The notes beneath the pieces were generated by a model. The model was given only the letters and a program-made list of their open reading frames with translations, did not search any database and had not been told where the DNA came from. From contig JAKMXF010000026.1 in assembly GCA_024704765.1 (NCBI GenBank), positions 1 to 64,000 on the forward strand: DNA of 64,000 bases. Reading direction: 5' to 3'. The position numbers and the translations under genes are program-made. Of this stretch, positions 1 through 13,829 are shown in pieces; the stretch's first letter is position 1, and each line of letters begins with the position of its first letter. Origin of the DNA: Oopsacas minuta (taxonomy: Eukaryota > Animalia > Porifera).

Positions 1-598
1 TTTCAATGGGATTGAACAATTTTTGCCAGAGTTATAGATGAATTTCAATTTGTGCCATTTGTGCCACCTTTTGCCCAAGGGGCACAAGTGGCCGTTACCA
101 AGAGGTTATTTTGTAATTCAAGGGTTAGCATAGTCATATAATCCGAAAATATTACTATGACTTATTCCTCCTAACCCTAGTTGATTTCCTTGTAGTGGCG
201 CTTTTTCCAGCCACCAGTGTCACCTTTTGCAACAAGTGGCACAAATTGAAATTCTTCTATAACTTTGGTAAAAATTGTTCAATCCCATTGGAAATTTTAA
301 TCTGGGGTAACTCGCCTAAGTAGAATTCAAATATCAAGTCAGAAATTATAGATTCTTAATAGGTTTTGAATTACCACATATTTTGATTATCAATAATTAT
401 CTAATAATTATTAATAATTAACACCTTCAAAAAGTGTAAATCGAAAATATTTTTTTGAAATTCTTGAAAAACATGTTATTCTATGCAAATTACTAGATTG
501 CAGCTACGAATATAGACTATACAGTGTATAGGAGCGGGAAAGAGTATACAATTTATGACAATATATTTGTGTGGTCGAATACTTTTGTCCCTTAACTG
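1..598. mobile_element. Long-TIR MITE (Tc1/mariner-type, TA target site), cut by window edge
   Basis: Ends ...TACTTTTGTCCCTTAACTG followed by TA (599-600). Same family as the complete copy at 51964-52859; the central segment is in the opposite orientation. Confidence 0.85.
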
Positions 599-2148
599 TA
601 TAGAGAGAGAGCTGTGGCGTAGGATTTTGACCCACATGTAGCTTTTGCAAATGGAGTAATGTAATATTAACAATTCTTTGATTACACTCTTGGCCAACCC
701 TCAATAGTTATTTATTCATTCAAGTGGCTTTTGATATTATTGCCAAACAGGAACTACTACGAAATTTTGTCCATCTCAAAATTATCTGGGTTCTGGAATA
801 AATCCTTTGATACTGTTAGGTCACCATTGTAGTGTATTATGTCGACACATTAGTCAACTATTCAATCCTTGGAAACACATTGAGTACTTAGGTATGTTAG
901 ATTACGAAATATATTGCACCCAAATTGACCTCATGTAAATCCTAAGGCATAGGTGCTATTATTACCATTATGGGCTGCCATGCCCGCTCATATTCTTTAG
1001 ATAATTTTATGAACTAAGTGTATAATTGACTACAAAATTATCTCCAAAAATACTAAAACGATGTGTATATATTAAAATACTTATTGATGAAGTCCATAAT
1101 GAATAATTATATGACCTCAGGTTAATAAGTAATAGCACCACTTAAATTAAGAATAATTTCCTTTACTTGTTTATTAGCCTTGATATACAGTCAGGGGCGG
1201 TCGCAAGATCTGGCATACCCGGGGCAGGATATCCAAACTCGAAAAAACTCATTTTCTATTATAGGCAGTGGTGGTCCGAGCATCTAGCAGACCTGGCAGG
1301 TGCCAGAATTTTTAAACCTGGGGTAAATTTCCCGGTTGCCCCCCATTGGACCGCCATTAGTCAAAGCCCTACATGTGGTGTGTGTGCAACCAACCAAACC
1401 AGTGGTTGTGCCCGAAAAATAATGGTCAATAAAATGAACAAAATGGCCCCTATGTCCTAAGGTACTGTTAGGTCAATATTGGAATATTATATGACGACAC
1501 ATTAGTTAATTTTTTAATCCTTGGAAACATATTGAGTACTTAGATATGTTTGTACTCAGTTCCAGTCAAATTTTCGGTAGTAAGCAGAGAAATTTATTGA
1601 AATAATTTGAATATATTACTGGTAGACAATTTCACTACAGAATAAATTAACAAAAGAAAAATTTAGATAGCTGATATATGTATCAAGAAGAGCACATTAG
1701 AAGATAATTAGCAAATTCCTTGATAGTGTATATCAATCTGTGTTACTGAAAGTCTGTTGAGTGGATTATAATTAGATTTCCTTGGTAGTCTATTAGAAAT
1801 TAATATGTTTTTAAATAGCAGAAATGAATTTACTAAGTTAATTTGAAGAATGCACCTTGCCATTTTAGAGAGGATTTCAATGTGTATTTGATTCCTTTTA
1901 GCAATCATTTTGTATAGAAATTCAATCAATTTTAGATGTGAGTGTATTGGAGTAATTGATATATAGAAATTAAGGTGAAATAAATCTTCAGGATAATTTT
2001 ATTCTATCTACTAAATTACTAATGAAGAATCTAACTTACCATTTTTGAGAGGATTGCAATGTCTATTTGATTTCAAGATCAATCAGTGTTTTGAGCATAT
2101 AATTACATCAATTTTAGTATGAGTGCGTTGGAATAATTGATATATTAT

Positions 2149-2420
2149 TTAGAAATTCAGGTTAAGTCGGTGCGGAGGCAAGCTAGATGGTGTAATTGAA
2201 ATTAGGAATTCATTTGGATATAAAGCTGCCTGAGCCTGCTCTACTGAGTCCGTACTCAACAATACATGTGCATCTCCAGGGAGTTGGTTCATAACATAAT
2301 CGTTGATGTATTCAGTTGTTTCGTTTTTAGGAGACATCATAATATGTGCAGTAATGTAATCACGATCATTGTATTATCCTTGACATCTCCATAAATATTA
2401 GGCCAAGTCTCCAATAGTTT
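2149..2420 (-). pseudogene. Helitron RepHel / PIF1-type helicase fragment
   Basis: Translation MMSPKNETTEYINDYVMNQLPGD...LYPNEFLISITPSSLPPHRLNL matches the Helitron helicase pattern ILAPKN...N.....LPG...YP.EFLNS..PSGLPPH.L.L. Frameshifted upstream, truncated downstream. Confidence 0.8.
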
Positions 2421-2742
2421 CACCGCGTACTATATACTTAGCTTCTAGGTGAATCATGTTAGATTTTCAGGTTCAGTGCCTTCTCTTACTCGGAGTAAGA
2501 AGTCTGAGAAATTGCTTACTTCTACTGAGTCATGTTGGTCTAAACTTTGTAGGCGTATGAGTGGATATATGTCCCATGTAGCATTATGTAATTTGAATTT
2601 TTACTCACTGCTGACTCAAATCATACGACATTGAATTATTGTATATTTGCTTTTAGTGTTTCACTGTAATTTCATGGTATTTATTGATTTGAATCACATC
2701 TACTATTTGTATTTATGTATATTTATGGAATTTCTAAAATTA

Positions 2743-3109
2743 TGAGCCGTTTCGCTTGCTCACGCTGCGCGGCTTGCGAACACTGTGTTCGCATGGGATT
2801 GGCACTTCATGCCTCAAATTTAGCAAAGTATAAAATTGCAAAATTGAATTAATAGATTAATATTTCAACTATTTGTTTACTTTATATTTATTAAAACAAC
2901 AATTAAATTTACATATGTTTAATTCAAAAGAGTGAAAATCGGAATCAACATACTCGATTACCCCAATGTAATTGTTACTTTTCCTATATCTTCAAGAGAA
3001 GGATATGTTATTCCCTATATTATATATACGCAGATCTTCTTCCCGTATCATTATAATACAAAGCGAACAAACAAACACACGCACAATAATTGAGTTTTAA
3101 TAATATAGA
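2743..3109 (-). mobile_element. Non-autonomous Helitron (family H2), complete
   Basis: On the minus strand it starts A|TCTATATTATTAAAACTCAATT, followed by a GTTT/GT microsatellite. It ends with a TTGAGGCAT box and the terminal stem TGAGC-N10-GCTCA|T, in an A|T context. The 3' part recurs at 61696-61790. Confidence 0.7.
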
Positions 3110-3659
3110 TTGAACTTAATACTACTGTCACAATTCTAATTTGAATAAATACTATACTAATTACTAAAGATAATACTACTGCATGCAACTATTTCCTCAA
3201 ATGATTGACCTTAAGAACTGGTTGGTAATGACTCAGAAATAGTCTCAAATATTCCCTACTATTCGTCAAGTCATGAACACTATGTCTGTTGTTTAACCCG
3301 CATCCTGAGAATTTCATCCAGGATAGATCACCATTGGAAACTGAATAGATTTTAGAGACTATGCCCCCCTAAAATTCCAGTAGGCCCTCTCAAAAATGCT
3401 GTTGCTGCTACGCCCATGCTTGGCTTGGTGTATTTTAATGTGTTATGTACAAATGTGAATCACAATTTTCAGAGAGTGTATGTAAGATCTAGGTGCATAA
3501 ATTAATTTTCCAACACATATCAAGATAAATTCCTAAATTATTCTTACAAAAACTGTCGCAAACTCCGTGAGTCTTGCCCAACTAAAGTCAACCTCTATTT
3601 GATTTGGCACTACTTCTTTGTTTGTTACTTTTTTTGACATCACATGACCATCTATTAAG

Positions 3660-4040
3660 GAAATTTTAAATTTCGATATTCATACATTCGCTAGATATCA
3701 TTCCAGCACGTGGTAAGAGCTTACCCGGGCTTTTGTATGTTTAACAGATAATGCATAGGGGTACAAGATTTGCTTGTGAGACCTATCTATCTTCCTGATA
3801 ACCGAACCGGTTGCACCTAAATGCAAAACAATAGGTTTCTCTTCTAGATGCTTCAATAACAGGATTTGTTCTTCGCTATAATAATGAATTATTAATGGAG
3901 TATGAGAAACAAGTTAAATATATCCATTGAGATGATCAGCAATGATAGTATTAGCATACGACATGTTTGTACTAATTATGTCTTGACATGGATCACTGTA
4001 GACTTTGCTAAGTGTTGAGATTTAACCTTTCTAAGTACGT
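3660..4040 (-). pseudogene. MULE-related (NOF/FB-like) transposase fragment
   Basis: Broken minus-strand frames read YSEEQILLLKHLEEKPIVLHLGATGSVIRK...ILYPYALSV...VLEMISSE, resembling the L.LDATGS...YY.LV...PV.EMIS pattern of NOF-FB-type transposases. Confidence 0.45.
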
Positions 4041-7000
4041 CAGTCAATGTAAAGAATTGAATTTTCCATGCTTTGCTCTTAAACGGTTTTCTGTTTATTA
4101 CAGAGCGAATAATGGTAATTAGAAGGAGTAGAAATTTCAAGCTGTTTCGCTATTGATACTCTTTCTCACCTACTAAGTGTCGTCTATGTTAAACATCATC
4201 ACTCGAAAAATTCAATCTCTTCGCCAGTTCTTAAATCTTCTACTTCTTCAAATAAGCTACTCTGCTCTGAAGATTGGAAATATTCTGAAATTGAATGAGT
4301 TTATCTGGATTTGAAGAAATTTTATCAGAAAATCAGAAATTTTAATGCTAATGGTAAGGTAAGGGTACTAGAAATACAAATTTAACCTACCTGTATCTGA
4401 ATGTCGTACCTGTTGTTTCTCCATAAATTCATTCGCTTTGCTCGTAGTTCCAAACGATTTCGACCATAAACTAATTTACCCAACTTTCCCCAAAATGAGA
4501 AGGGATCGCTCCAATTCCTAGTTTGGTTGAGAGTATCCAAGATCTGAATTCCATCTGATGTTAATTTGTGTGATGCATTGATAATCTTGGAAAGTAGAGA
4601 AGGACATTGAATTAGCACCCCATTATTGATTTCTAAATTAAGAATAGAAAACAGAACCATACGTGGATGTATTTAATAGTAATAAATTATTACACGAAAA
4701 ACTCACCACGTTAATCCTGGATTTAATTCAATATTTCCGCAAATAATCATCATGTCAGATTATTATTGCTGTCTAAACACTGGATACTTAGCACAAATTT
4801 GAGAAAAAACTAAAACTCAACAAATTCTGTTTAATCATTGTCGGTTAATGTGCAATATAATAGTAAAATAATTAAAATGATGAACACCTACACTCGTGAT
4901 ATAGTTGTAAGTGAAATTCAGGATAATCTGTGGAGGGGTTATGAAGTTATGAGAGTCAAAGTAGTGCTCGCTTTTCGCTGTTGAACGTGCTGCTGACTTC
5001 ACATCCATCATATACAGTTGAAATCGGATTATTTTTACACACGGTTATTTGTCGTCAAGTCTGTGTAAAAATTGATTATTCGAAATTCTCATGAAAATAA
5101 TCAGGTTTTTTGTTTTATGGATTTTTTGAGGGCCTGGGTAAGTGCCCAGTTTACCCATTGATAAATACGGCACTGCGTACAAGATACATCCCTGATATTT
5201 GGATTACATAGTATTGGGGGTAAGATGCGAGCCGAAATTTTACAGTTTGCAATTTGAGCCAACGGGGCATGCCCCGGGCACAAATTAATCAGGTGGAGAC
5301 ATGTCCCGGGGCACTAGATTTTACCAGGGGGAGGGCATTGCTCTGGAAATCGAGATTTTGCCAGTGCGCCCCCCCGTGGCGACGTCCCTGGCAATGCCTC
5401 ACCTATTTTGGAATGTGAAACATTCTTACTCATAGGATCTATCGTGCCCTATATGATAGGATAATTAGTCCTTTTTTTTTCTATCTTACCCAACGATTGT
5501 TATGAAACCTCCATTTGAATCTTTATGCTTGTCTCTAAATTCCGTGCATTTGGGATAGCTCCTCTTAAAATTTTCTTGAGTGGTGAGCATATTGCAATAT
5601 ACAATAGGAGGGTCTGTGTATTTTGTTTTGGGTTTCTTGTTAATGGGAATTTTGTTTCGATTACTTGATCATGCCTCCTAATTGTGGTTGTGTTTTCCAA
5701 ACTTTTTTTTATGTGAACCGGAGCTTTAATATCGCATTCAGTAGTTAATAACCTGTAGCCTGCTGCCATCGGTTCGATTCCCATCCCTGCCTTACTTTTT
5801 CGACTGTTGATACCTGAAATTGACTAACTTAACATGATTCTTGAAATTGCCTGTGATTTCATTATACGTAACACTAATATGGGCAAAAGACTGAGCTCTA
5901 TACATATTATTTCTGTAATTGATGTTACATAATTTTTTGTATTATTTGCACATAGTGATCATTAAATTAGGATAATGAATGTGGGATATAGTAGTTGTGC
6001 TATAAAAGGATCCATGTAGGGCTAGTTGGTATGATCACATTTAATGCACCACTACGACACTGAATAATTGAAGGGGACAATTAGATAATGAAGGCATGCT
6101 TTCCAACTCTTGTCTGTCAAATCCCAGGATACAGGGAAAATTTTCCCTACATTTTCTCTAGCTCTTGAACCCTCTAAATTTCTGCTCGCTCGTACTTTCT
6201 GAATTTAACATTACAACACGAAAAAGGTACTTTGAAAGATTGAATTGCCCCCAATATTTTCTTTTTATTACTCCACTGACTCGAGTACATATGCGCTAGA
6301 ATAGAATGCCTTATTCTTGGCTTTAATTGGGATTACTTATATATAAGTGCAAGAGTCCGATTGATGAATGATGACAGCCAGTTGTGATATTCCTACAATT
6401 TGAAATTACTGATCAATTCAGCACCATTGTCTTACTGATAGAAAGTGCTATGGTTTCAGGTTAGATTGATGTTATATATTTCATTATATTTCATTATAAT
6501 TATAATTATCTCTCATGGCTATACAAGCACTTTACCATTCTTAGTCAATTGTACGATTAGAAACCAAAGAATCTCTTTATCAATCCAAGTTTAATATATA
6601 TATGCACAACCAATCCTATGGCACAGGTAAATATATCGAAATATACTAAAAATTGATAAACCCATTCAATACAGTAAAATTCGATAAATACGTACTCAGC
6701 AGTTACCAATAATTGAGTAACGAATATTATAGAATGATGGCGTCAAGCATTTGTTTTGACTTTACGTTGGTGGTACTGTAATCAATTAGTCACATTCGTA
6801 GCTACAGTAGAACTCAGATAAGACTTACCCCCTCGGGAAACACAAATCATTGATAATTATCCATGTATATGTCTTATCCTAATTGGGATTCTATTAATAT
6901 AAATGGAACCAGGGAGTTATACTAATACAGTTATTTCGGAACACGCTCTTAGCCGCTCACTCGATCAAATTTTCATACACCTAAATATAAATTCATCAAA

Positions 7001-7371
7001 AATTATACTCCTAGAGTAGAGGAGCGCCCGGCACTCCTTGATGGGACCTACCTTTTGTTAAAAGAATAAGTATGTATAAATAAGTTAGTTAATTCGAACT
7101 TTCAACTGGAAACAATTTGTTCGAATTATTACGGGTATTCGTATCAAAGGTTGTTGACTGTGTAATGCATATTGTTAATTATCGTATATATAAAAATCTA
7201 CAATATCCATGAATATCCATATCCACTTTGCAAGCGTGGTGATTTTCATGGTCAAATATGTGGCAATCGACAATTGTGAATTTTCCTCAGATATCACTTG
7301 TCGGTTCCATTTCTTACCGTGAAATAGTAGGGACCCCAATTATTCAATATTTTTTCTAATAGCTCCTAAGT

Positions 7372-8103
7372 ATGGCATCACAAGTAAAGAACCATTTATC
7401 AAACATGAAAGATGAATTAGCTACGACTAATGAATCTATACTTGAAATGGATGTGCAGAAGAAAGCTTTAGATTCAGAGATTATTCTTTATGAAGCTGAA
7501 GTTTTGTCTTGTTCTTCAAAGCTTTCCATGTTGGAAAAACAACTAGATACTGTTGAACAAGAGCAAGAAGATATCAAACAAGAAGTAAAAGTCAGGAGGG
7601 CAAGGCTGAACAAGAAAGAACAAGAGATGGAGGTACTTGAAAGTAATCAGGATGAAGATGAGAACTTGAAAGTGTCCTTAGAAGATGATTCAAAAGTTTT
7701 AGTAGGAGAAATCACAGATGCTGAAGTAATGTTGGAGGATCATAAGCGGAGGTTGCGTGTGCTATTTTCACTGGTGGAGAAACGTGAGGAAGAGGGTGAG
7801 AGGTTTCAAGACCGTATTTTGAAGGCAAGAGAACAACTTGATAGAGTAAATGTCGAAATAGCTGAGCTGGAACAAGACGAGTCTCAATTGAGCGAGAACG
7901 AATGCATTTTAAGAGACGAGTTAAAAATCATCAATGAAGAATATCTAGTTGTAGATAACGAGTATGAAAATTTTGCAAGGCAGCGCACTAATTTGGAACA
8001 TGAGGTAAATGAAAAAACGAAAAAGCTAGAATTGATAGAAATAGAGTACGATAAGCAAAGAGATGAAATTTCCCAATTTGAGGATGTTATGAATGAGTTA
8101 TGA
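7372..8103 (+). CDS. Divergent short tropomyosin-like coiled-coil protein (243 aa, intronless)
   Basis: Uninterrupted E/K/L-rich heptad pattern, no prolines, length typical of short tropomyosins. MLEDHKRRLRVL...EKREEEGE and the C-terminal DEISQFEDVMNEL align by eye with the tropomyosin EEAARKL..VE..LERAEER and terminal LD..LNEL segments. Confidence 0.6.
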   Translation: MASQVKNHLSNMKDELATTNESILEMDVQKKALDSEIILYEAEVLSCSSKLSMLEKQLDTVEQEQEDIKQEVKVRRARLNKKEQEMEVLESNQDEDENLKVSLEDDSKVLVGEITDAEVMLEDHKRRLRVLFSLVEKREEEGERFQDRILKAREQLDRVNVEIAELEQDESQLSENECILRDELKIINEEYLVVDNEYENFARQRTNLEHEVNEKTKKLELIEIEYDKQRDEISQFEDVMNEL

Positions 8104-8985
8104 TACTCAGCACCTTTTGTATAAAAGAATTTTGTTTGAATTAGGCTTATTTTTGTGTTAATTCATTAACTGTGTGGTTATACTTTCTCATAAAACTATT
8201 AGTAATACTATTCTTGCTAGGGCGCTTTTGACATAAGGTCTATGTACGACAAATCCTCCGGATTGTTATATCAATCAGCTTTAGCATTGTGCTGTCACGC
8301 TATATTTGGTCCGCCGCTATAAATGGCCCCCTTGCCATATTTGGTCACACTCTTTTTAATATATATATGCTACGGTAGATGTCAACATAGTATGGATCAG
8401 TTAAATTAAGTTCCCAATTTCCCCTTCGACACTTTCAAATGATTGAGAGCTGAGATATTACTAATTATTCAGTTTTTTATGATCTTTTCATAAATTTAAT
8501 TAAGATATTCATATCAAGATTATTATTATTTTAGATTTATTTAATATACTATATAATTTACATCCAATAATTCGATCCCTAAAATCAGTCCGAGATAGCG
8601 AATGTTCGAGTTAACGGATGCGATAAGTGCTAAAAAGTACAACAAAGGGAAGTGTATTTTCGTTAATGAATGTTCGAGTTAACCGACATTCGATATAGCG
8701 AACGACTTTTCTATATAGATCGAATATTAAAACGAGGGGGAATGGAAATTCGTTCGAGATAACCATAGACCACTGAATACCATGGACAGTCGACTCTCTA
8801 TCTCTGGGACCATTGACCATTGTTATCTCTAGAACTATCAAGTGTATTGTTATTTGATGTATTATAGTTGAATATGAAGCCATCTGATGGGAGTCGATCG
8901 GCCATATTACCAATCGACTCCCATTTGTGGAATGTGAATTATGTGGCTTTCACACCTTTCCTCATTATGTTAATAATGTCAAATA

Positions 8986-9144
8986 CAGTAGAACCTGCAT
9001 AATCCGACACTCATTGGGACATGAAAATAGTGCCGGATTATGCAGGTGAATTTGTATTGTCGGAAGCTATTTCAGATCAGAAACACTGTCGGATTATAGA
9101 GGTCTTCCGGATTATACAGGTGTCGGTTTATGAAGGTTCCACTG
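8986..9144. mobile_element. pogo/Tigger-type MITE, 159 bp
   Basis: TA|CAGTAGAACCTGCATAATCCGACAC ... GTGTCGGTTTATGAAGGTTCCACTG|TA: imperfect TIRs with TA duplication. Confidence 0.8.
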
Positions 9145-9866
9145 TATCACTTCCAATTTGAACTAGACATGAGAAATTTGTTATTATATAATGGGAATTC
9201 AAGGAGGTAACGTCTCCTTCAATCAGATTTCTTACCTCATAGCCTACTATACATAAACATTTCAAATTGTGAATTTTAGACAAGGGATGTTGTTTTCGGC
9301 TGATGTAATTACATGGGGTTTCTGTATGGAAAAACAATGCATTTTGCTATTTACATTTGTAGAACAACAAATTATCAACTATTATATGCTAAAAATTTCA
9401 GCGATGTCCCAAAATATTTGTCTAGTAAGCATTTATTTGGTAAAAGATGTAATTGTTTGATAGGTTGTAATGCCCCGAATTAAGTTAAAGATTGCATCTT
9501 TCATTTCCGAGTTTATGTATGATACGAGCTATATAATTTATTATACAAATATAAAGAATTGTCACGATATTGTTGGCGCGTTATTGAGTTTCAGTAAGGA
9601 CCATGGATTACACATTTTAAAGGATATGTAATTATAACTCAATAATCTTTAAAGTTATTGTTAAATCAGTATAGCCTATTTATAGTATATAGTACCGACT
9701 CCCCATACCCTTGTAATACATTTTGATATAATAAGTCTTAAGCTTATTGCATAATATTAATTGTTGAGAATTTGTTGCTCTACAAATAAGCAATATATTT
9801 ATTTGGGCAAAAATGCGCCTTTTTTGCAAGATAGAACTCACATAGAATTTGTTCTATCGGCTATTC

Positions 9867-10620
9867 CAGTGGTTTTCATTCAGGGTGCCGCAGGCTTTAC
9901 CACGGTTAAATACTGCTTTATCTCCTATTGATGCCATTACTAATGTTACATTTGATGTTTGTCCTCTGACGATCCTGTGTGATATTTTATTATACAATAT
10001 TCTCAATTTTAATACTTTTATCTTTTACTAGTTTTGATAACATTCCTATAATATTACGAGATGGACAAGTTTTTAGGAGGGAAAGATAACATGACGCATT
10101 AATTAATGGAAATGATGAAATGATTCTTGATCCTGAATTGGTTGTTGAAAAAGACTATTCTAATGGTGTCTCAGTCAATTGATTAATAACTCCTGTAGAA
10201 GTATAAAACATCGACTGTATTCTAATAGTTATCACTCGATAGGATTCACTTCATGTGGTGATGACCCAATTCCAGAATGCCTTGTTTGTGGTGATAAACT
10301 TTCAAATGAAACTATAGTTCCTAGCAAGCTAATGAGACATTTTCTTTCAAAATATAGCCAACTCTCGGATAAACCTTTGGGATACTCCAAGTGACTCTTG
10401 ATTCAGCAAGAACAACAGATTTCGACTTTTGTAAAAAGGTGAACATTTCTAATACAGCTCAAGAAGCAAGCTATTTAGTAGCAGAACTTATCTCAGAACA
10501 GATAAAACCCACACAATTGCTGAGGCACTCATATTCCCTGCTTGCAACAGCATTATCGTAAAAACAATGATTGGTGTGAATGCTGGACAAGGATTAAGAA
10601 AAGTTCCTCTCTCTGATGAT
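9867..10620 (+). pseudogene. hAT Buster/Charlie-type transposon 5' remnant
   Basis: Left end CAGTGGTTTTC. Frames read YSNSYHSIGFT...PECLVCGDKLSNETIVPSKLMRHF (BED-type zinc finger) and QEASYLVAELI...KTHTIAEALIFPAC...KVPLSDD, with stops and frameshifts. Confidence 0.8.
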
Positions 10621-11119
10621 TTGAAGATAAAACATGAAGTTCATCAGGGACGAATGATATGGAATTTCTTGATATATTTATCAGATCCAGGAACCCAAAA
10701 TCAGTCGGGTCCGGTGCATTGCGGCATTTACACGGGGGAGTCATTAGGGCGTACCCTCTGAAAAGAACAAAAATACATAACCCTGAGCTGCACGACCAGT
10801 CTATCTGCTAGACATTTTTTGTTATTGTTTGTTACCCTTGTAGTTGCGCCAAGTGGAAATACTTGCAATGAATACTTCACACCAATCAAAATTCTTCGCT
10901 CAATATTAATACGGGAGTGGTCATCATTGCATGGTATAATAACGTATTCAAGGTTAGGTATTTAATTTTAGCGATTTTTAGGATGGCATCAGACTGTTTT
11001 TAACTTTTGAAGTTTACTTTGTTTTAATCCATAAATGGCAAATACATTCCTTGTAATATATGTTTTGGATATTGAAATTTTGTGAAATTGACTTCTTACG
11101 CCTGTGTTTCCAGCTTATA

Positions 11120-11790
11120 CTAGCGCGCTTTGCTTGCTGGGTCGCTGCGCGACAGGCGGACATATCTTTGAGCTTTGTGCCTTGTTTTAGCATAAGTAAT
11201 AAACAGTTAAATTTGTCAGTGCTTTGGGACGCTACCGGACGGGATATAGGCAGCACTGCGTGCCTTGAAGTTAATTTTTGCAGAAATTTTAATTTGTTAT
11301 TATCCATGGTCCATCAAAATTCCATTAGTGGCTTTCTGTGGTAATACTTGAAATGTCACGTGGTTTGTGGTTAGTAATCAGGAAATTTGTGCCTTGTGTG
11401 TCATAATATTCTCAAAAACACGAAATTCGGAAATTTTTGATATTTTGTACAGCCATGATGAGTTTTAGTCAAAGTTATGGAGTCATAACATTTAGCATAT
11501 TGAGGGGCACCTGTGATTCAAATTTCAAACTTCTATCATGTATATTGGCTGAGCTGTGGTTAATAATGTGATTTTTCGGAACTCCAAAAGGTGACAATGA
11601 CGTCATAATTTCGCCATGGGTGTGAATTCCTTCCAAGACTCGAACTTGTCCAAGTCAGGCCCAAAATACCCCTGTATGCCAAAAATCAGCCCAGGGGTCT
11701 CCGGTTTCTTCAATCAATTTTGGACATACAAACATATATATATTTAAATACCTAAATATATTTGGATTAATTGCGTTTTAATAGTATAGA
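11120..11790 (-). mobile_element. Non-autonomous Helitron (family H1), complete, 671 bp
   Basis: On the minus strand: A|TCTATACTATTAAAACGCAATT ... TTCAAGGCAC box ... GCGCGCTAG|T, with no TSD. The internal sequence recurs at 34790-35010, 40076-40643, 41898-42356, 57313-57660 and 58210-59264. Confidence 0.8.
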
Positions 11791-13829
11791 TTTTAATGTA
11801 TTTCAATTAGGAAAATGTATGAATTATGATAAATGTCTGTAGAGTACGAATATATACCCGAGAATACTTTATTATATTGAGTTATGATGATTATAACAAG
11901 TAGGCGATATATTCGTTCATTTCACTTCGGTCGGGCCGTGCATGCATGGTCCAATATCCATAATCAGTTGTGAGGCCTTATATATTGTAGGCTATGCGTA
12001 TTATAATCGAGTATTCCTAATAATGTGCCATCCATGGTCTCACCTGTAACTCAAGAATGAGTCAACTTTATTTGTAAGAATGTTATATATTTTGTATTGA
12101 AATTTCTGCATCATTTCATATACTAACTTTGAAATGAAAGGAGCGATATTGATCGTCCTGCAAGGTGTCAAAGAATGGCGTATTTTACCTTATACATGCT
12201 AGACAAATTATAGCACATTCTTGAAATTATATAAACATATAATACTAGATTATTTGTTGTTCCACAAATGTGCAATACAGTAGAACTCGGCTTAAGACAT
12301 TCTTGTCTCAAAATAATCCGAAATATTCTCCTATCTAATTTGTTAGAAATGATGAGGTTAATAGGAACTCGGATACGTACTCAATGATAAGTACGTATAG
12401 TATATATCCTATATATATATTATCAAATGTATAGTAGGCTATTGTATAACCTAGAGGTCGCACCAGGCCTATGTTTTCGGCCCGGGTTGGACCAAATTTA
12501 TTATAACTATATACATTATCACAGAGAATAATTAACTCGATTCTAAAATTTGCTCAAATGGTGATGGCTAAGAATAATGAAGGGGTTGAGACAAAAATTT
12601 TAAATTTGGTACAGCTACAGATCAAATGCATAGATAATTGCCCACATAGTCATCCATTCATCCAAAGATGGAGCGATTTTGTACTTTTCGCCTAAGCACT
12701 GAAATTTGTACACTCACATCATTTGGACCCTTTGCTGAATATGGGCGAAATAAATTGTGCTGATATACCTGAAGCTAGATATTGTACAACCAGAGTTTAG
12801 GTTTTTTTTTAATCAATATGTTTGCTGTTAGGGTTGGAAAAATTGGAAAATCAATTTTTTTGTAAATTAACTTTTGAGACATCCATAGTTTATACATGAA
12901 GAATGTTACACTGATTTTAAGGAGGGGTTCGAACCCAGTGCACAAATTTTTAACTTCCCATCATCTCGGAATACAAAAATATGAATCTCACAAAAATGTC
13001 GAATATCGAAGATAGGAAATATGATAAAATAATGAGAAAAGAGATTATCATTTAATATTCTGAATCAATCTGAGGTGGCCCTAGGGTGGGGCAGTTGAGG
13101 CCTGTGCGTCACCTGAAATTGAGTGTGCCTCACCTCATTTATATAAGTATGCCCCAGTTTAATAACCTGTGTCAAACCAGTAGCGGTTGGCGCCGCCACT
13201 GGAGTGAATTACTTAATTCAATAAGGAAGTGGTTTGCGAAATTACAGTCAAAACTGGAATGGTTACCTGGGGGAGGTATTGCGTTTTGGTATGGAATATG
13301 TCAGGACGGACAGATGGCCAACTATGACGTCACCATAGTGGATATGGCCGTGACGAAGCAAATTTAGATTTCGAAAAATTAGATATATATGAGTTTATAC
13401 ACACATTCACTAAATTTTGTATATATTTTAGCCAACATAACTTCACGAAATGCTAGAATTCTCATAACTCCGTTTTTAAACTGAGATAGGATAATACTTG
13501 CAACTGATGTATTGTAGTTGATGTCAGGACGGACACATTGGCAACCGTAATGATGACAGTGATGATGACGAATACAAATTTTCAAACATTGACAAATTGC
13601 TAGATTCGACTAATACAAATGATTTTATATAATTAAATAACGTATTGCGAGCGAAGCGATCAAAAATCTAAAATTCCAATCTGTGCCAACAGCTTAGTCC
13701 ATTAATTAGATTTGTTTAAAGTGGCATTATTCATTGGAGGCGCTATGAAATGAAGATTTAATCCCAAACACATACAGTGCAACCTCTATAAATGGGAACT
13801 GCTATAACTGCGATCGAATACCTCACCGC

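Noticed and set aside
780-2165. Diverged direct repeats (about 810-900 vs 1463-1550, and 1855-1975 vs 2035-2160) as a functional array
   Set aside because: Only two copies each, degenerate, adjacent to Helitron debris; ordinary local duplication.
5730-5795. tRNA gene suggested by GGTTCGATTCC (similar boxes near 12925 and 25000)
   Set aside because: Only a B-box-like stretch; no cloverleaf, acceptor stem or A box could be built. At most SINE debris.
8887-8924. Perfect 12-bp hairpin ATGGGAGTCGAT / ATCGACTCCCAT as a terminator or ncRNA
   Set aside because: Related GGGAAGTCGG / GGAGTCGAT sequences recur in a dispersed repeat family (near 9695, 15985, 25130, 37578), so it is most likely part of a TE.
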